The notes below the pieces were generated by a model. That model was not told the DNA's origin and did not search any database. It worked only from the letters and a program-made list of their open reading frames with translations. Positions 1-8,142 of a DNA stretch of 51,371 bases are shown here, piece after piece. How positions within the stretch are numbered: position 1 is the first letter of the stretch; every line of letters begins with the position of its first letter. The DNA is from a virus (taxonomy: Duplodnaviria; Caudoviricetes): positions 1-51,371 of IMG/VR virus record IMGVR_UViG_3300028792_000007; one strand, 5' to 3'. The position numbers and the translations under genes are program-made.

Positions 1-123
1 CAGGCGGCCGCCGACGCCAACGTCCTCGCGACCGCCACCGGCCGCTCCATCGTCAACGCACTGATCTACGGAGGCTGACCCCATGGCTACACCGAACCTC
101 TCGGCCATCACCACCGTCACCCC
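1..123 (+). repeat. Terminal overlap, left copy (likely assembly circularisation)
   Basis: Identical to 51249-51371 except position 7 (G vs A at 51255). Confidence 0.95.
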
Positions 124-445
124 CGGCATCCTCGCCTCGGCGCAGATGGCGTCCGGCGACAACACCGTCTACACGGTCCCCGCGGGCAAGGCGGCGAAGC
201 TCGCGACGGTCACGCTCACCAACACCGGGGCATCGGCGGTCGTCGTGTCCGTGTCCCTGATCCCCTCCGCCGGCGCGGTCGACGGCACTCACAAGGTTGT
301 CTCCGGCTACTCGCTCGCGGCCAACGACTCCACCACCGTCTCCGAGCTCGCGGGCGCATGGCTGGGCGACGGGGACAAGCTCAGCGTGAACGCTGCGACC
401 GGGGCTGTCGTGGACGTCGCGGTGACGGGCCTGGTGTTCGCATGA
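83..445 (+). CDS. Small tail-fibre-associated beta-rich protein
   Basis: GGAGG RBS upstream; Ala/Thr/Val-rich (YTVPAGKAA...VTLTN); lies between a tail-fibre-like gene (across the join) and the glycosidase gene. Confidence 0.6.
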   Translation: MATPNLSAITTVTPGILASAQMASGDNTVYTVPAGKAAKLATVTLTNTGASAVVVSVSLIPSAGAVDGTHKVVSGYSLAANDSTTVSELAGAWLGDGDKLSVNAATGAVVDVAVTGLVFA

Positions 446-2013
446 GCCGCGCCAGTCGCCTCAACGGCCGGGTCGGGCAGAGTGACGTAGCGGCCACATT
501 TGCCCGGGTGGCTACGTCGTCCGCTGCTCCGCAGACCCTTGGCCCGACGCGGTTCTTCGGCCCCATCAACGATGGGGCGCTCACGGACCTCCAGCCCGCC
601 GGAGCGCCCCTGGTTCAGGCCCCACTGGCGGCCTCGCCGCTGGCGATCCCGACCTATGACGGGTCCGGCAAGATCGTGGAGCCGTGCGTCGTCTACTGCC
701 CCGAGGGGTGGAACGGGTATCAGTTCTGGATGGCCGCCATGCCCTACCCGGCAGCCAACGCCAACTATGAGAACCCGTGTCTCTACGTCTCGGTGGACGG
801 GCAGACGTGGACGGCTGCCCCTGGGGTGACGAACCCGCTGGTGCCGCAGCCGAGCAGTGGGGGGCTCCAGAACGCGGACAACTCGCTGTTCCTGGACCGC
901 GACGGGACGATGTACCTGTACTACATCACCCAGAACATCGCCACTCCGACCGGCTTCGTGTCGGTCATCTCGTCCAAGGACGGCGTGACCTGGACCGCTC
1001 CGCAGCAGATCATCGGCCCGAACGCGACCGCCGCGAACTACAACACCCCGTGCGTGGTGTGGGACGGGCAGCAGTACCGGCTCTACGTGGTGGATTGCAA
1101 CAGCACCTACACCGCGTTCAGGATCAAGTTCTTCACCGGTTCCACGCCGGTCGGTCCTTGGTCCGCGTCCCCGACGACCTGCGACGTCACCAGCGCCAAT
1201 CTCCCGGGCGGTGGTGGTCCTTCGCACCTCAACCTCCAGCGGTACGGCGGGAAGTTCTACGCGGTCGTCGCAGACAGCAACCTGAAACTGCACTTCGTCT
1301 CGTCATGGGACGGCATCGCCTGGAGCGTCCCGACGACCGCTCTCGCGGTCGGGGCCGGGTCTGGCTGGGACACCCTGCTCTACCGGGCCGCGTTCGCCAT
1401 CCAGAAGACCGGACGAGGGCACTCGCTCGCGCTCTGGTACGGCGGCAAGGACGCCAGCAACAACTACCAGATCGGCTACACCACAGCCGCCCTCAACACC
1501 GGGGGCTTCTGGTCCGGCCCCGGTGTGCAGCAGGTGGACTCGTCCTTCCAGGTCGTGGACAACAAGGCCAACAACCTGCTCCGTTCGGTTGCCGCGAACT
1601 CGTGGTCCGACAACGCCACCGCGCAGTTCCTCCAGGTCGGCAACGCCAGTGGACGCGCAGTATTCCAGGCATCGACCGGACAGCCCTGGTCACGACTCAT
1701 GCTGAACGCATCCCAGGTGACCATCGGCGGTGCCTCACATGGCACGCTCCCCGTCCCAGCCGCCTCATCGTTGATGGAGTGGGTCCAGGGGACGACGGTG
1801 GTGCAGGCGATCACCAGCACTGGTGGACACCGGCTCGGCAGTACCGCCGGTCTCGGTGCCGCGCACTACTCCGGCAGCGGCACGCCCACGATTGCCGGGG
1901 CGCTCGGGGACCTGTACTTCCGCAGCGACACGCCCGGCACGGCCAATCAGCGCATCTACGCCTGCACCACCGCAGGAGCAGCAGGGGCCGCAGTCTGGGC
2001 GGCGATCCTGTGA
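442..2013 (+). CDS. Glycoside-hydrolase-like beta-propeller protein, putative tail spike/receptor-binding protein
   Basis: ATG overlaps the upstream stop (ATGA). Motifs PTYDGSG..VEP, ENPCLYVSVDGQTW, SKDGVTW, SWDGIAW, YRAAF, LWYGG resemble five-bladed propeller glycosidases. C-terminal GSGTP...GDLYFRSD tail-fibre-type motif. Confidence 0.7.
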   Translation: MSRASRLNGRVGQSDVAATFARVATSSAAPQTLGPTRFFGPINDGALTDLQPAGAPLVQAPLAASPLAIPTYDGSGKIVEPCVVYCPEGWNGYQFWMAAMPYPAANANYENPCLYVSVDGQTWTAAPGVTNPLVPQPSSGGLQNADNSLFLDRDGTMYLYYITQNIATPTGFVSVISSKDGVTWTAPQQIIGPNATAANYNTPCVVWDGQQYRLYVVDCNSTYTAFRIKFFTGSTPVGPWSASPTTCDVTSANLPGGGGPSHLNLQRYGGKFYAVVADSNLKLHFVSSWDGIAWSVPTTALAVGAGSGWDTLLYRAAFAIQKTGRGHSLALWYGGKDASNNYQIGYTTAALNTGGFWSGPGVQQVDSSFQVVDNKANNLLRSVAANSWSDNATAQFLQVGNASGRAVFQASTGQPWSRLMLNASQVTIGGASHGTLPVPAASSLMEWVQGTTVVQAITSTGGHRLGSTAGLGAAHYSGSGTPTIAGALGDLYFRSDTPGTANQRIYACTTAGAAGAAVWAAIL

Positions 2014-2135
2014 GCGCCGAGGCGGTCCTGGCACTCCTGGGCGACCTCTACGCCCAGGTGCGGGCGCTCACCCAGGAGAACGAGTCCCTGAAGGGCAGGA
2101 TCGCTCAACTCGAACAGACGGGCGACGCTCTCTGA
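2010..2135 (+). CDS. Small coiled-coil protein
   Basis: GTGA coupling; 41 aa with heptad pattern LLGDLYAQVRALTQENESLKGRIAQLE. Confidence 0.6.
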   Translation: MSAEAVLALLGDLYAQVRALTQENESLKGRIAQLEQTGDAL

Positions 2136-2201
2136 CCTGCCCCACTTCGCCCGCATAGCCCGGACACAACCCGCACCACCAACCCCCCGAAGGAGCACCA
2201 G

Positions 2202-2510
2202 ATGATCCCCACCCCCGGCCGCATCGTCGAGTACACCCTGACCGAGCAGGACGTCGACCAGATCACCCGTCGTCGCCACGACGCCATGCACAGCGACATC
2301 GCGGAGCAGAAGTCCGGAGCGCAGGTCCACGTCGGTAACGCCGTCCAGGCGGGCGACACCTACCCCCTCGTCATCACCCGCACCTGGGGCTCCGCCGAGG
2401 GCTCCGCAGTCAACGGCCAGGTGCTGCTCGACGGCAACGACACGCTCTGGGTGACCTCGGTCAGCCAGGGTGACGGCGACCGCAAGTGGCGGCCGTACCC
2501 GCGCGTCTGA
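2202..2510 (+). CDS. Phage hypothetical protein
   Basis: AAGGAG RBS; PTPGRIVEY...VNGQVLLDGNDTLWVTS; followed by a terminator hairpin. Confidence 0.8.
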   Translation: MIPTPGRIVEYTLTEQDVDQITRRRHDAMHSDIAEQKSGAQVHVGNAVQAGDTYPLVITRTWGSAEGSAVNGQVLLDGNDTLWVTSVSQGDGDRKWRPYPRV

Positions 2511-2535
2511 CGCGCTGCAGCTGCTCGAGCGCGAC

Positions 2536-2574
2536 AGCGCCCCCGTCACCCTCACGCAGGGTGGCGGGGGCGCT
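2536..2574. terminator. Intrinsic terminator hairpin between convergent genes
   Basis: 17-bp stem AGCGCCCCCGTCACCCT / AGGGTGGCGGGGGCGCT (one G-U), followed by CTTCGT. Confidence 0.75.
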
Positions 2575-2600
2575 CTTCGTCATGCCCCGAGCCGACGTGG

Positions 2601-2807
2601 TCAGCGTGACCCGTCGCGCAGCTGGTAGACCCGGCCACGGGACACACCGAGCGTGTCCGCGACCACCCGCACCGGCACCCCAGCCAACAGGGCCGCACGC
2701 ACCGCGGCACTGCGCCGCTCCGCCGCCGCCGACACCAGCTCCTGCGCAGCCGTCACCGCCTGGTCCGCGGCCTCCACCTCGGCCAGCGCCTCCAGCATCC
2801 GCGTCAC
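2601..2807 (-). CDS. Small helix-turn-helix protein
   Basis: GTG at 2807 overlaps the TGA of the upstream gene; AAVRAALLAGVPVRVVADTLGVSRGRVYQL is HTH-like. Confidence 0.8.
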   Translation of the reverse strand: MTRMLEALAEVEAADQAVTAAQELVSAAAERRSAAVRAALLAGVPVRVVADTLGVSRGRVYQLRDGSR

Positions 2808-3292
2808 CGGGCACCGCCGGCCAGGACCGCACGCTCCCCGTCGGTCAGGTCCGCCGTGGCGTCCCCGGCCCACTCGCGCAGGTCCACGAGCAGCCGGTCG
2901 TACTCCAGGTCCAGGCCCATCTCCTCGGCGGCCTCGGCACCGAGGACGGCCGCGAACAGCGCCGCGACGACCGCGTGCGGGTCGTTGTAGTCGCCGAGCG
3001 CCGCCCAGACCCGCGACATCAGGGACCCGAGCTCGACGTCGGGGAGCAGGTCGGCCAGGTCGAGCACCTCGAGGTCGATGCCGGCCGCGCGGGCCGCGGC
3101 GATGCGGTGGGTGCCGGTGACCGCCTGGACACCCTGCACGAGGACGGGAGCACCGGTCCAGCCGTCGGCCTCCATCGCTGCGGCCAGGGCGGCGACCTTG
3201 GCCTCGTGGGGGTCCGGGTGGGTCGTGTACTCGTTGAGCGCCTCGACGGTCGTCGCGGCGACGGTGCTGGTGGGGAGCTCGGTCGAGGTCAT
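2804..3292 (-). CDS. ParB/Sulfiredoxin N-terminal-domain protein
   Basis: KVAALAAAMEADGWTGAPVLV...VTGTHRIAAARAAG resembles the ParBc GxHR motif. Confidence 0.7.
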   Translation of the reverse strand: MTSTELPTSTVAATTVEALNEYTTHPDPHEAKVAALAAAMEADGWTGAPVLVQGVQAVTGTHRIAAARAAGIDLEVLDLADLLPDVELGSLMSRVWAALGDYNDPHAVVAALFAAVLGAEAAEEMGLDLEYDRLLVDLREWAGDATADLTDGERAVLAGGAR

Positions 3293-3303
3293 GCCCCTAG
3301 TAG

Positions 3304-3335
3304 AGCACCGCTAGACACAAACGTCTAGCGGTGCT
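3304..3335. promoter_or_regulatory. Perfect 13-bp inverted repeat (candidate operator) just upstream of the ParB-HTH operon
   Basis: AGCACCGCTAGAC-ACAAAC-GTCTAGCGGTGCT, 11 bp upstream of the minus-strand ATG at 3292. Confidence 0.7.
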
Positions 3336-3389
3336 GCACAACCTGTCCCCCGGCCACCCCGGGTCCCCCGGCCGGCCAGGCAACACGAA

Positions 3390-3421
3390 GGCCCGCCCTC
3401 CCAGCACGGGGAGAGCGGGCC
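3390..3421 (-). terminator. Terminator-like hairpin
   Basis: Minus strand GGCCCGCTCTCCC / GGGAGGGCGGGCC followed by TTCGTGTT. Confidence 0.55.
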
Positions 3422-3534
3422 GTCTCGTCGTACCCAGCACGTTGGAGCGAGCTGGGGCCGAGTACCCGCCGATCAACGCGGCGGCCACAGCCTGGCACAC
3501 GGATTCCGTCAGCGGCAATGGTTACAGTCGTCTC

Positions 3535-4080
3535 GTGCGAACCTGCGATATCCAAGGTTGCGAACGCCCCCACGAGGCGAAGGGCTACTGCCACGCCCAC
3601 TACACCAGCTACAAGCGCACCGGCGTCCCACCCACGCGGCCGGTCCTCGACACCGACCAGGCCCGCTTCTGGGCGAAGGTCACGAAGAGCCCCGACTGCT
3701 GGCTCTGGATCGGGGCAACCGCCAGCGAGGGCCGCTACGGTGCAGCAACACTGGCCGGCCACGTCCAGCCAGCCCACCGCGTCGCCTACCAGCTCGAGGT
3801 CGGCGAGATTCCGGCCGGCCTCGACCTCGACCACCTGTGCCGCAACACCCTCTGCGTCCGTCCCGACCACCTCGAGCCCGTGACGCACCGCGAGAACGTC
3901 CTCCGCGGCGACTCCCCCTCCGCGATCAACGCGGTGCGCATCGTCTGCCAGCGTGGCCACACGATCACTGGACAGCAGCCCAGCGGCCGACTCTGCCTGG
4001 AGTGCAGGCGCGAGAACAACCGCGAGCGCACCCGCCGCTATCGCGAGCGCCTCCGCGCCACTCCCGCCGGCGCCGACTGA
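3535..4080 (+). CDS. HNH endonuclease (HNH_3-type) with Cys/His zinc-binding extensions
   Basis: CWLWIG, AHRVAY, LDHLCRNTLCVRPDHLEPVT..EN motifs; N-terminal C..GC...GYC..HY. The start at GTG 3535 lies 6 nt after TACAGT. Confidence 0.9.
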   Translation: MRTCDIQGCERPHEAKGYCHAHYTSYKRTGVPPTRPVLDTDQARFWAKVTKSPDCWLWIGATASEGRYGAATLAGHVQPAHRVAYQLEVGEIPAGLDLDHLCRNTLCVRPDHLEPVTHRENVLRGDSPSAINAVRIVCQRGHTITGQQPSGRLCLECRRENNRERTRRYRERLRATPAGAD

Positions 4081-4135
4081 TCCCCACACAAGACGCGCTC
4101 GCCGGCCTGGACGCCCGACCGGCGGCACGACGCGC

Positions 4136-4167
4136 GAGCGCCCCCGCCCGAGAAGGCGGGGGCGCTC
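4136..4167. terminator. Terminator hairpin between convergent genes
   Basis: 13-bp perfect stem GAGCGCCCCCGCC / GGCGGGGGCGCTC. Confidence 0.75.
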
Positions 4168-4182
4168 CTTGTGCGTCCGAGA

Positions 4183-4797
4183 TCAGGAGGCAGTCGCGAC
4201 CGCGGCGGCGCGCGCGACCTTCCGCAGCACGGCGACCGGCGTCGCGGCCTCGACCTTCTCCCCGTCCGGCCACGCGAACAGCCGCGCGGTGAAGTAGTCG
4301 CGGCCGCGGGGCCCGCGCGCCCAGGTGATCACGCCGATGCGCTCGGCGCCGCGGTGGATCGCCCACGTCGACCAGTCCCGGTCGCCGGCCACGCCGTCTC
4401 TGCCGCCGTCGATCATCTGCGCCGCCAGGTCACCGACGACCAGGGGCACCGGGTCGACCGCCCGCGGGTCCTGGCCCTCGCCGTCGCGGGTGCCCTCCCA
4501 GGCCACGATGACGCCGCAGCGCACGCAGGTCAGCCGAGCACTGAACTCCTGCTCGACCTTCCACTCGCCGTTGGGCAGCTCGGTCTCGACGTCGCGCGCG
4601 ACCTCGATCACGTCGAACAGGTGCCTCTCGCAGGCGCCACGGTAGGCAGCGAGCGGGTGGGCGTCGCAGTCGCGCAGGTTGTAGGACGCGCTGGGGACCC
4701 GAGCGTCGTTGTGCAGCCACATCGGGGTGCCGTACCCCTGCTCGACGTAGCCGCGCTCGGCCGGCGGCAGGATCATGGCCGGCTTCCTCGCGGTCAT
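4183..4797 (-). CDS. Hypothetical protein (CxxC motif)
   Basis: Coding-like composition; ATGA overlap with the upstream gene; LTCVRCG. Confidence 0.7.
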   Translation of the reverse strand: MTARKPAMILPPAERGYVEQGYGTPMWLHNDARVPSASYNLRDCDAHPLAAYRGACERHLFDVIEVARDVETELPNGEWKVEQEFSARLTCVRCGVIVAWEGTRDGEGQDPRAVDPVPLVVGDLAAQMIDGGRDGVAGDRDWSTWAIHRGAERIGVITWARGPRGRDYFTARLFAWPDGEKVEAATPVAVLRKVARAAAVATAS

Positions 4798-5000
4798 CGG
4801 GTGACCAGCGTGCGGGTGACGGCGGTGCGCTGGGCCGGGACGGAGGCGAGCCGGCGCGCGGCGGCGACGGTCAGCCGGCCGACCGTGCAGCTCGAGCAGG
4901 GGTCGAGCGCGTCGCAGCGCTCGGCGGCGTGGCCGGTGCGTCGGTCGCGGAGCTCGGCGGCCAGCTGGTCGGCCGCTGCGGTGATGGCGATCGTGTTCAT
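4794..5000 (-). CDS. Hypothetical protein
   Basis: GAGAGGA RBS before ATG at 5000; an alternative upstream start is possible. Confidence 0.55.
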   Translation of the reverse strand: MNTIAITAAADQLAAELRDRRTGHAAERCDALDPCSSCTVGRLTVAAARRLASVPAQRTAVTRTLVTR

Positions 5001-5301
5001 GATGTCCTCTCGAAGTCCGGTCGACGGGTGGCGGTGGTCTGGCCCGGGGGCACCTGCCCCCGGCTGTGGTGGTGGGACGCGGGGAAGGGTCGGCAGCCAG
5101 GCGGGGACCGCCTGGCCACTGGCGTCACGTGTATCCATCACTCCTGCTTCCGCCGGTGGCGTATGCCACCAGAGCCACGACGGTAGCGCACCGTGTGTAC
5201 CGTGTACACACTTCAAGGGAGAATGGGGGATGTGGACGGGGTACAACGACGGTAAAACCGCAGGTCAGGCGGCATACGTGCTGGTCAGGCCCATTCCCGA
5301 A

Positions 5302-5328
5302 GGGGGTTCAACTCCCCCCTCGCGCACC
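5302..5328 (+). other. attP: attP core: 3' part of a tRNA gene (tRNA-Leu-like)
   Basis: GGGGG-TTCAACT-CCCCC T-arm, acceptor strand CTCGCGC, discriminator A, then CC. No 5' tRNA half upstream. Lies about 90 bp before the integrase. The Leu assignment is by recalled similarity to actinobacterial tRNA-Leu 3' ends. Confidence 0.85.
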
Positions 5329-5340
5329 GCACAAAGATGC

Positions 5341-5372
5341 AGGCCACCCCCGGTTTTCCGGGGGTGGCCTTT
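5341..5372 (+). terminator. Terminator for the reconstituted tRNA
   Basis: AGGCCACCCCCGG-TTTT-CCGGGGGTGGCCT followed by TT, immediately after the att core. Confidence 0.85.
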
Positions 5373-5417
5373 GCGTTGGGTACACACCTGTACACAGATG
5401 CCTCTACCGTGGTGGGT

Positions 5418-6704
5418 ATGCGGAAGGTCGAGACGGTCAAGCGCGGGGGCAAGGTCACCAGCTACAAGGTGCGGTTTCGCCACGGCGTCAGCCCCCGCAC
5501 CGGCAAGCCGCTGCAGACCTCCGAGCCGTTCCCGGCGACCGCGGTCGGCAAGAAGCAGGCCGAGGCGTTCGCCCGCTGGCTCGACGCCCTGGGACCCCAG
5601 GGCGCGCTCGACAAGCTCTACGAGGACCGGCAGGCCGAGACCGTCGACTCGATGGACCAGGTCGCCGCGGACCACATCCAGCACCTGACCGGCATCGAGG
5701 ACGGCACCCGCATCGTCTACACCCGGCTGTGGGAGCGGACCTGGTCGCCGCTGCTCGGCGCCATCCCGGCGAACCAGCTCGGCAGCGACCACGTGAAGGC
5801 CGCGGTGAACACCCTCGGGGAGCGGTACGCACGCAAGTCGCTGGAGAACCAGCGGGGTCTGCTGTCCGCGGTCTGCGAGCGGGCCCGCGAGAAGGGCTAC
5901 CTGACGTCCAACCCGACCAAGGGCATCCGGCTCCCGGACGGCAAGCGCGTCGAGGTCGCGGACCTCGATGACGATGACGATGACGCCGGTGAGATGACGT
6001 GCCTGACCCACGACGAGTTCGAGGCGCTCTACTCCGTCATGCAACCGCACTACCAGTCGCTGATCCGATTCCTGGCCGGCACCGGCTGCCGGTGGGGCGA
6101 GGCGGTCGTGCTGCGCAAGATGGACGTCGACCTGGGCGCCGGCACGGTGAAGGTCCGGCGCGCCCTGAAGTGGTCACCGGACGGCAAGCGGAAGATCGGG
6201 CCCCCGAAGACGAAGAAGTCCCGGCGCACGATCGCGCTCCCGGGCCAGGTCGCCGACGACCTGGCCGTGCTCCTCGAGGGGAAGGCCGGCCGCGACCTGG
6301 TGTTCACCGCACCGCGGGGCGGGATGATCTCGCACCGCACGTTCTGGTCGAAGAACTGGCGGCCGGCGATCTGGCGGGCACAGCACTGCGCCGAGCACTC
6401 GGACGAGAAGTGCCGGTGCGGGACCGGTGAGCCGCAGCGCTGCCCGCTGCACAAGAAGCCACCCGCACCGTGCGGGTGCGCCGGCACCCTGAGCCAGTCC
6501 CCCCGCCTCCATGACCTGCGGCACTCGCACGCGTCATGGCTGCTCGCGGCGGGCGTACCGATCCACATCGTGCAGCTGCGGCTGGGACACGAGTCGATCA
6601 AGACGACCGTCGACACCTACGGGCATCTGCTGCCGGACGCCCAGGCGATGGCGTCGAGCGCGGCCTCGCTGGCGTTCGCGCGGCGGCCAGCGCTCGAGCA
6701 GTAG
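5418..6704 (+). CDS. int: Tyrosine integrase
   Basis: Catalytic R (TGCRWGE), K (PKT), HDLRH, LGH and Y (TYGHL). ATG at 5418 chosen because the longer ORF would overlap the terminator. Confidence 0.95.
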   Translation: MRKVETVKRGGKVTSYKVRFRHGVSPRTGKPLQTSEPFPATAVGKKQAEAFARWLDALGPQGALDKLYEDRQAETVDSMDQVAADHIQHLTGIEDGTRIVYTRLWERTWSPLLGAIPANQLGSDHVKAAVNTLGERYARKSLENQRGLLSAVCERAREKGYLTSNPTKGIRLPDGKRVEVADLDDDDDDAGEMTCLTHDEFEALYSVMQPHYQSLIRFLAGTGCRWGEAVVLRKMDVDLGAGTVKVRRALKWSPDGKRKIGPPKTKKSRRTIALPGQVADDLAVLLEGKAGRDLVFTAPRGGMISHRTFWSKNWRPAIWRAQHCAEHSDEKCRCGTGEPQRCPLHKKPPAPCGCAGTLSQSPRLHDLRHSHASWLLAAGVPIHIVQLRLGHESIKTTVDTYGHLLPDAQAMASSAASLAFARRPALEQ

Positions 6705-6773
6705 CCCGGAAACGGGCTCGGCCGGCGCCAACCCCTCCCAGGGGTGCGCCGGCCGACGATGGCTCATGGTGTC

Positions 6774-6959
6774 CTACGCGGCCCGGTGCAGCCGTCCCGC
6801 GCTGAGCAGGCGGTAGCCGTGCCACGCCTCTTCGATGTGCGAGGGAACGACAGCCCCCTCCTTGATGAACAGGAACGCGTCACCGTCGTCGGTCTGCCCG
6901 ACAACCCAGTCGTGCCCGACTGGCAGGTCGCTCTCCCCGACAAACCTCACCGCGATCAT
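6774..6959 (-). CDS. Small protein downstream of the repressor
   Basis: GGGGAG RBS before ATG at 6959; same strand as the repressor. Confidence 0.55.
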   Translation of the reverse strand: MIAVRFVGESDLPVGHDWVVGQTDDGDAFLFIKEGAVVPSHIEEAWHGYRLLSAGRLHRAA

Positions 6960-7058
6960 CCCGATGTCTCCCCGTTGGTGCGTTGGTGCAAGGCCCCCGA
7001 GCCCGCTGCTGAACCCGAGCGTGATTTTCCCTACCCAAGCACGCCGGGCCGACACCCG

Positions 7059-7493
7059 CTACAGATCCTCGGAGTCGCCGCGCATCTCACGGACCAGGCG
7101 CGCGACCGCGCGTTGCAGCTCATCCATGTCGCGGACCGGGCCCTTCACGACGGCCTTGACGCCGAAGTTGCCTTCGACTGTGAACTCGACGTAGTCATCG
7201 TCGTTCTGCCGTGTCATCGGAAGCCCCTGGTTCCTGCGCTCTAGTTTGTCGAGCCAGACCTCGATCGCGTCATACGTCGACGGGTTGGTCTTGGCATCGG
7301 GATCGAAGGCCCGGTTCAACGTCTTGCGGTCGATCCGCGTCTCGCGGTACCACTCACGGTCCTTGATTCCGAGCAGCTCATATCGCTGTCTGATCGCCTC
7401 GGCGCGCTCTGCATCGGTCACATCCGGCAAGTCTGCCGCATTGCTCGCTACGTACATGCGCTCACGTCCCTTGTCAGGCAAGTAATCCCCCAT
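7059..7493 (-). CDS. Putative immunity repressor (XRE-like HTH)
   Basis: AIRQRYELLGIKDREWYRETRIDRKTLNRA is an HTH-like segment; divergent from the xis/early operon and next to int. Start uncertain (7577, 7493 or 7457). Confidence 0.65.
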   Translation of the reverse strand: MGDYLPDKGRERMYVASNAADLPDVTDAERAEAIRQRYELLGIKDREWYRETRIDRKTLNRAFDPDAKTNPSTYDAIEVWLDKLERRNQGLPMTRQNDDDYVEFTVEGNFGVKAVVKGPVRDMDELQRAVARLVREMRGDSEDL

Positions 7494-7641
7494 GTGGTAG
7501 AGGGTGCCCCCACCCTTTCGCCCCCCGAAGCAACTTCGGAAATCTCCGGCGTGTCTGGTTGCGTATGCCTCCAGCATGGTGGCATGGTCTACCCCACAAG
7601 GTCACTAGAGGGCTAATAAAGAACCACAAGAGGTACACAAA

Positions 7642-7830
7642 ATGGGGGCGAGTGCAGGCGTGGATGTTTCACCACCAACGAGCTACATGTCGGTCAACGA
7701 GGCCGCGGCCTACCTCGGCGTGAAGCCCTGGGACGTGGTCCGGCTCGTGCAGACGAACCAGGTCGACAGCATCACCCTCGTCGACGCCAGCTCGCTCCGC
7801 GCCTACGCCGCCGAGGAGCGCACACAGTGA
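7642..7830 (+). CDS. Excisionase/Cro-like HTH protein
   Basis: YMSVNEAAAYLGVKPWDVVRLV (HTH_17-like); first early gene. Start uncertain. Confidence 0.7.
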   Translation: MGASAGVDVSPPTSYMSVNEAAAYLGVKPWDVVRLVQTNQVDSITLVDASSLRAYAAEERTQ

Positions 7831-8042
7831 GCGAGTACCGCTACACCACGGCCGACCTGGCCGCCGAGTTCGGCATCGCAGTGAAGACCGTGCGGAAGAA
7901 GGCCGCCGACCTCGGCATCGGCATCGGCCTCGGTGGCCGCGCCGGCTACCGCTACAGCGACGCCGACCGTCGCAGGCTCATCGACTCGATGAAGCCCGAG
8001 GCACCCGTCGCACCACGTCGTCGACGCCGTCGCGTCGCATGA
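7827..8042 (+). CDS. MerR-like HTH DNA-binding protein
   Basis: YTTADLAAEFGIAVKTVRK...GYRYSDAD; GTGA coupling. Confidence 0.75.
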   Translation: MSEYRYTTADLAAEFGIAVKTVRKKAADLGIGIGLGGRAGYRYSDADRRRLIDSMKPEAPVAPRRRRRRVA

Positions 8043-8142
8043 GCGGCTCCTAGACCGCCGGTGGCGGCCCGTATCCCCCGCCGCGTCGCCACCGGCACCC
8101 CCTCGCAACATCCCGTTCCCGGATCCCTTGGAAGGAGTCACC

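Noticed and set aside
5240-5330. Complete tRNA gene
   Set aside because: Only the T-arm and 3' acceptor strand are present; there is no matching 5' strand, D-arm or anticodon arm. Interpreted as the attP core.
5965-5985. GAT/GAC run in the integrase as a contingency repeat
   Set aside because: In-frame poly-Asp linker with mixed codons; no phase-variation potential.
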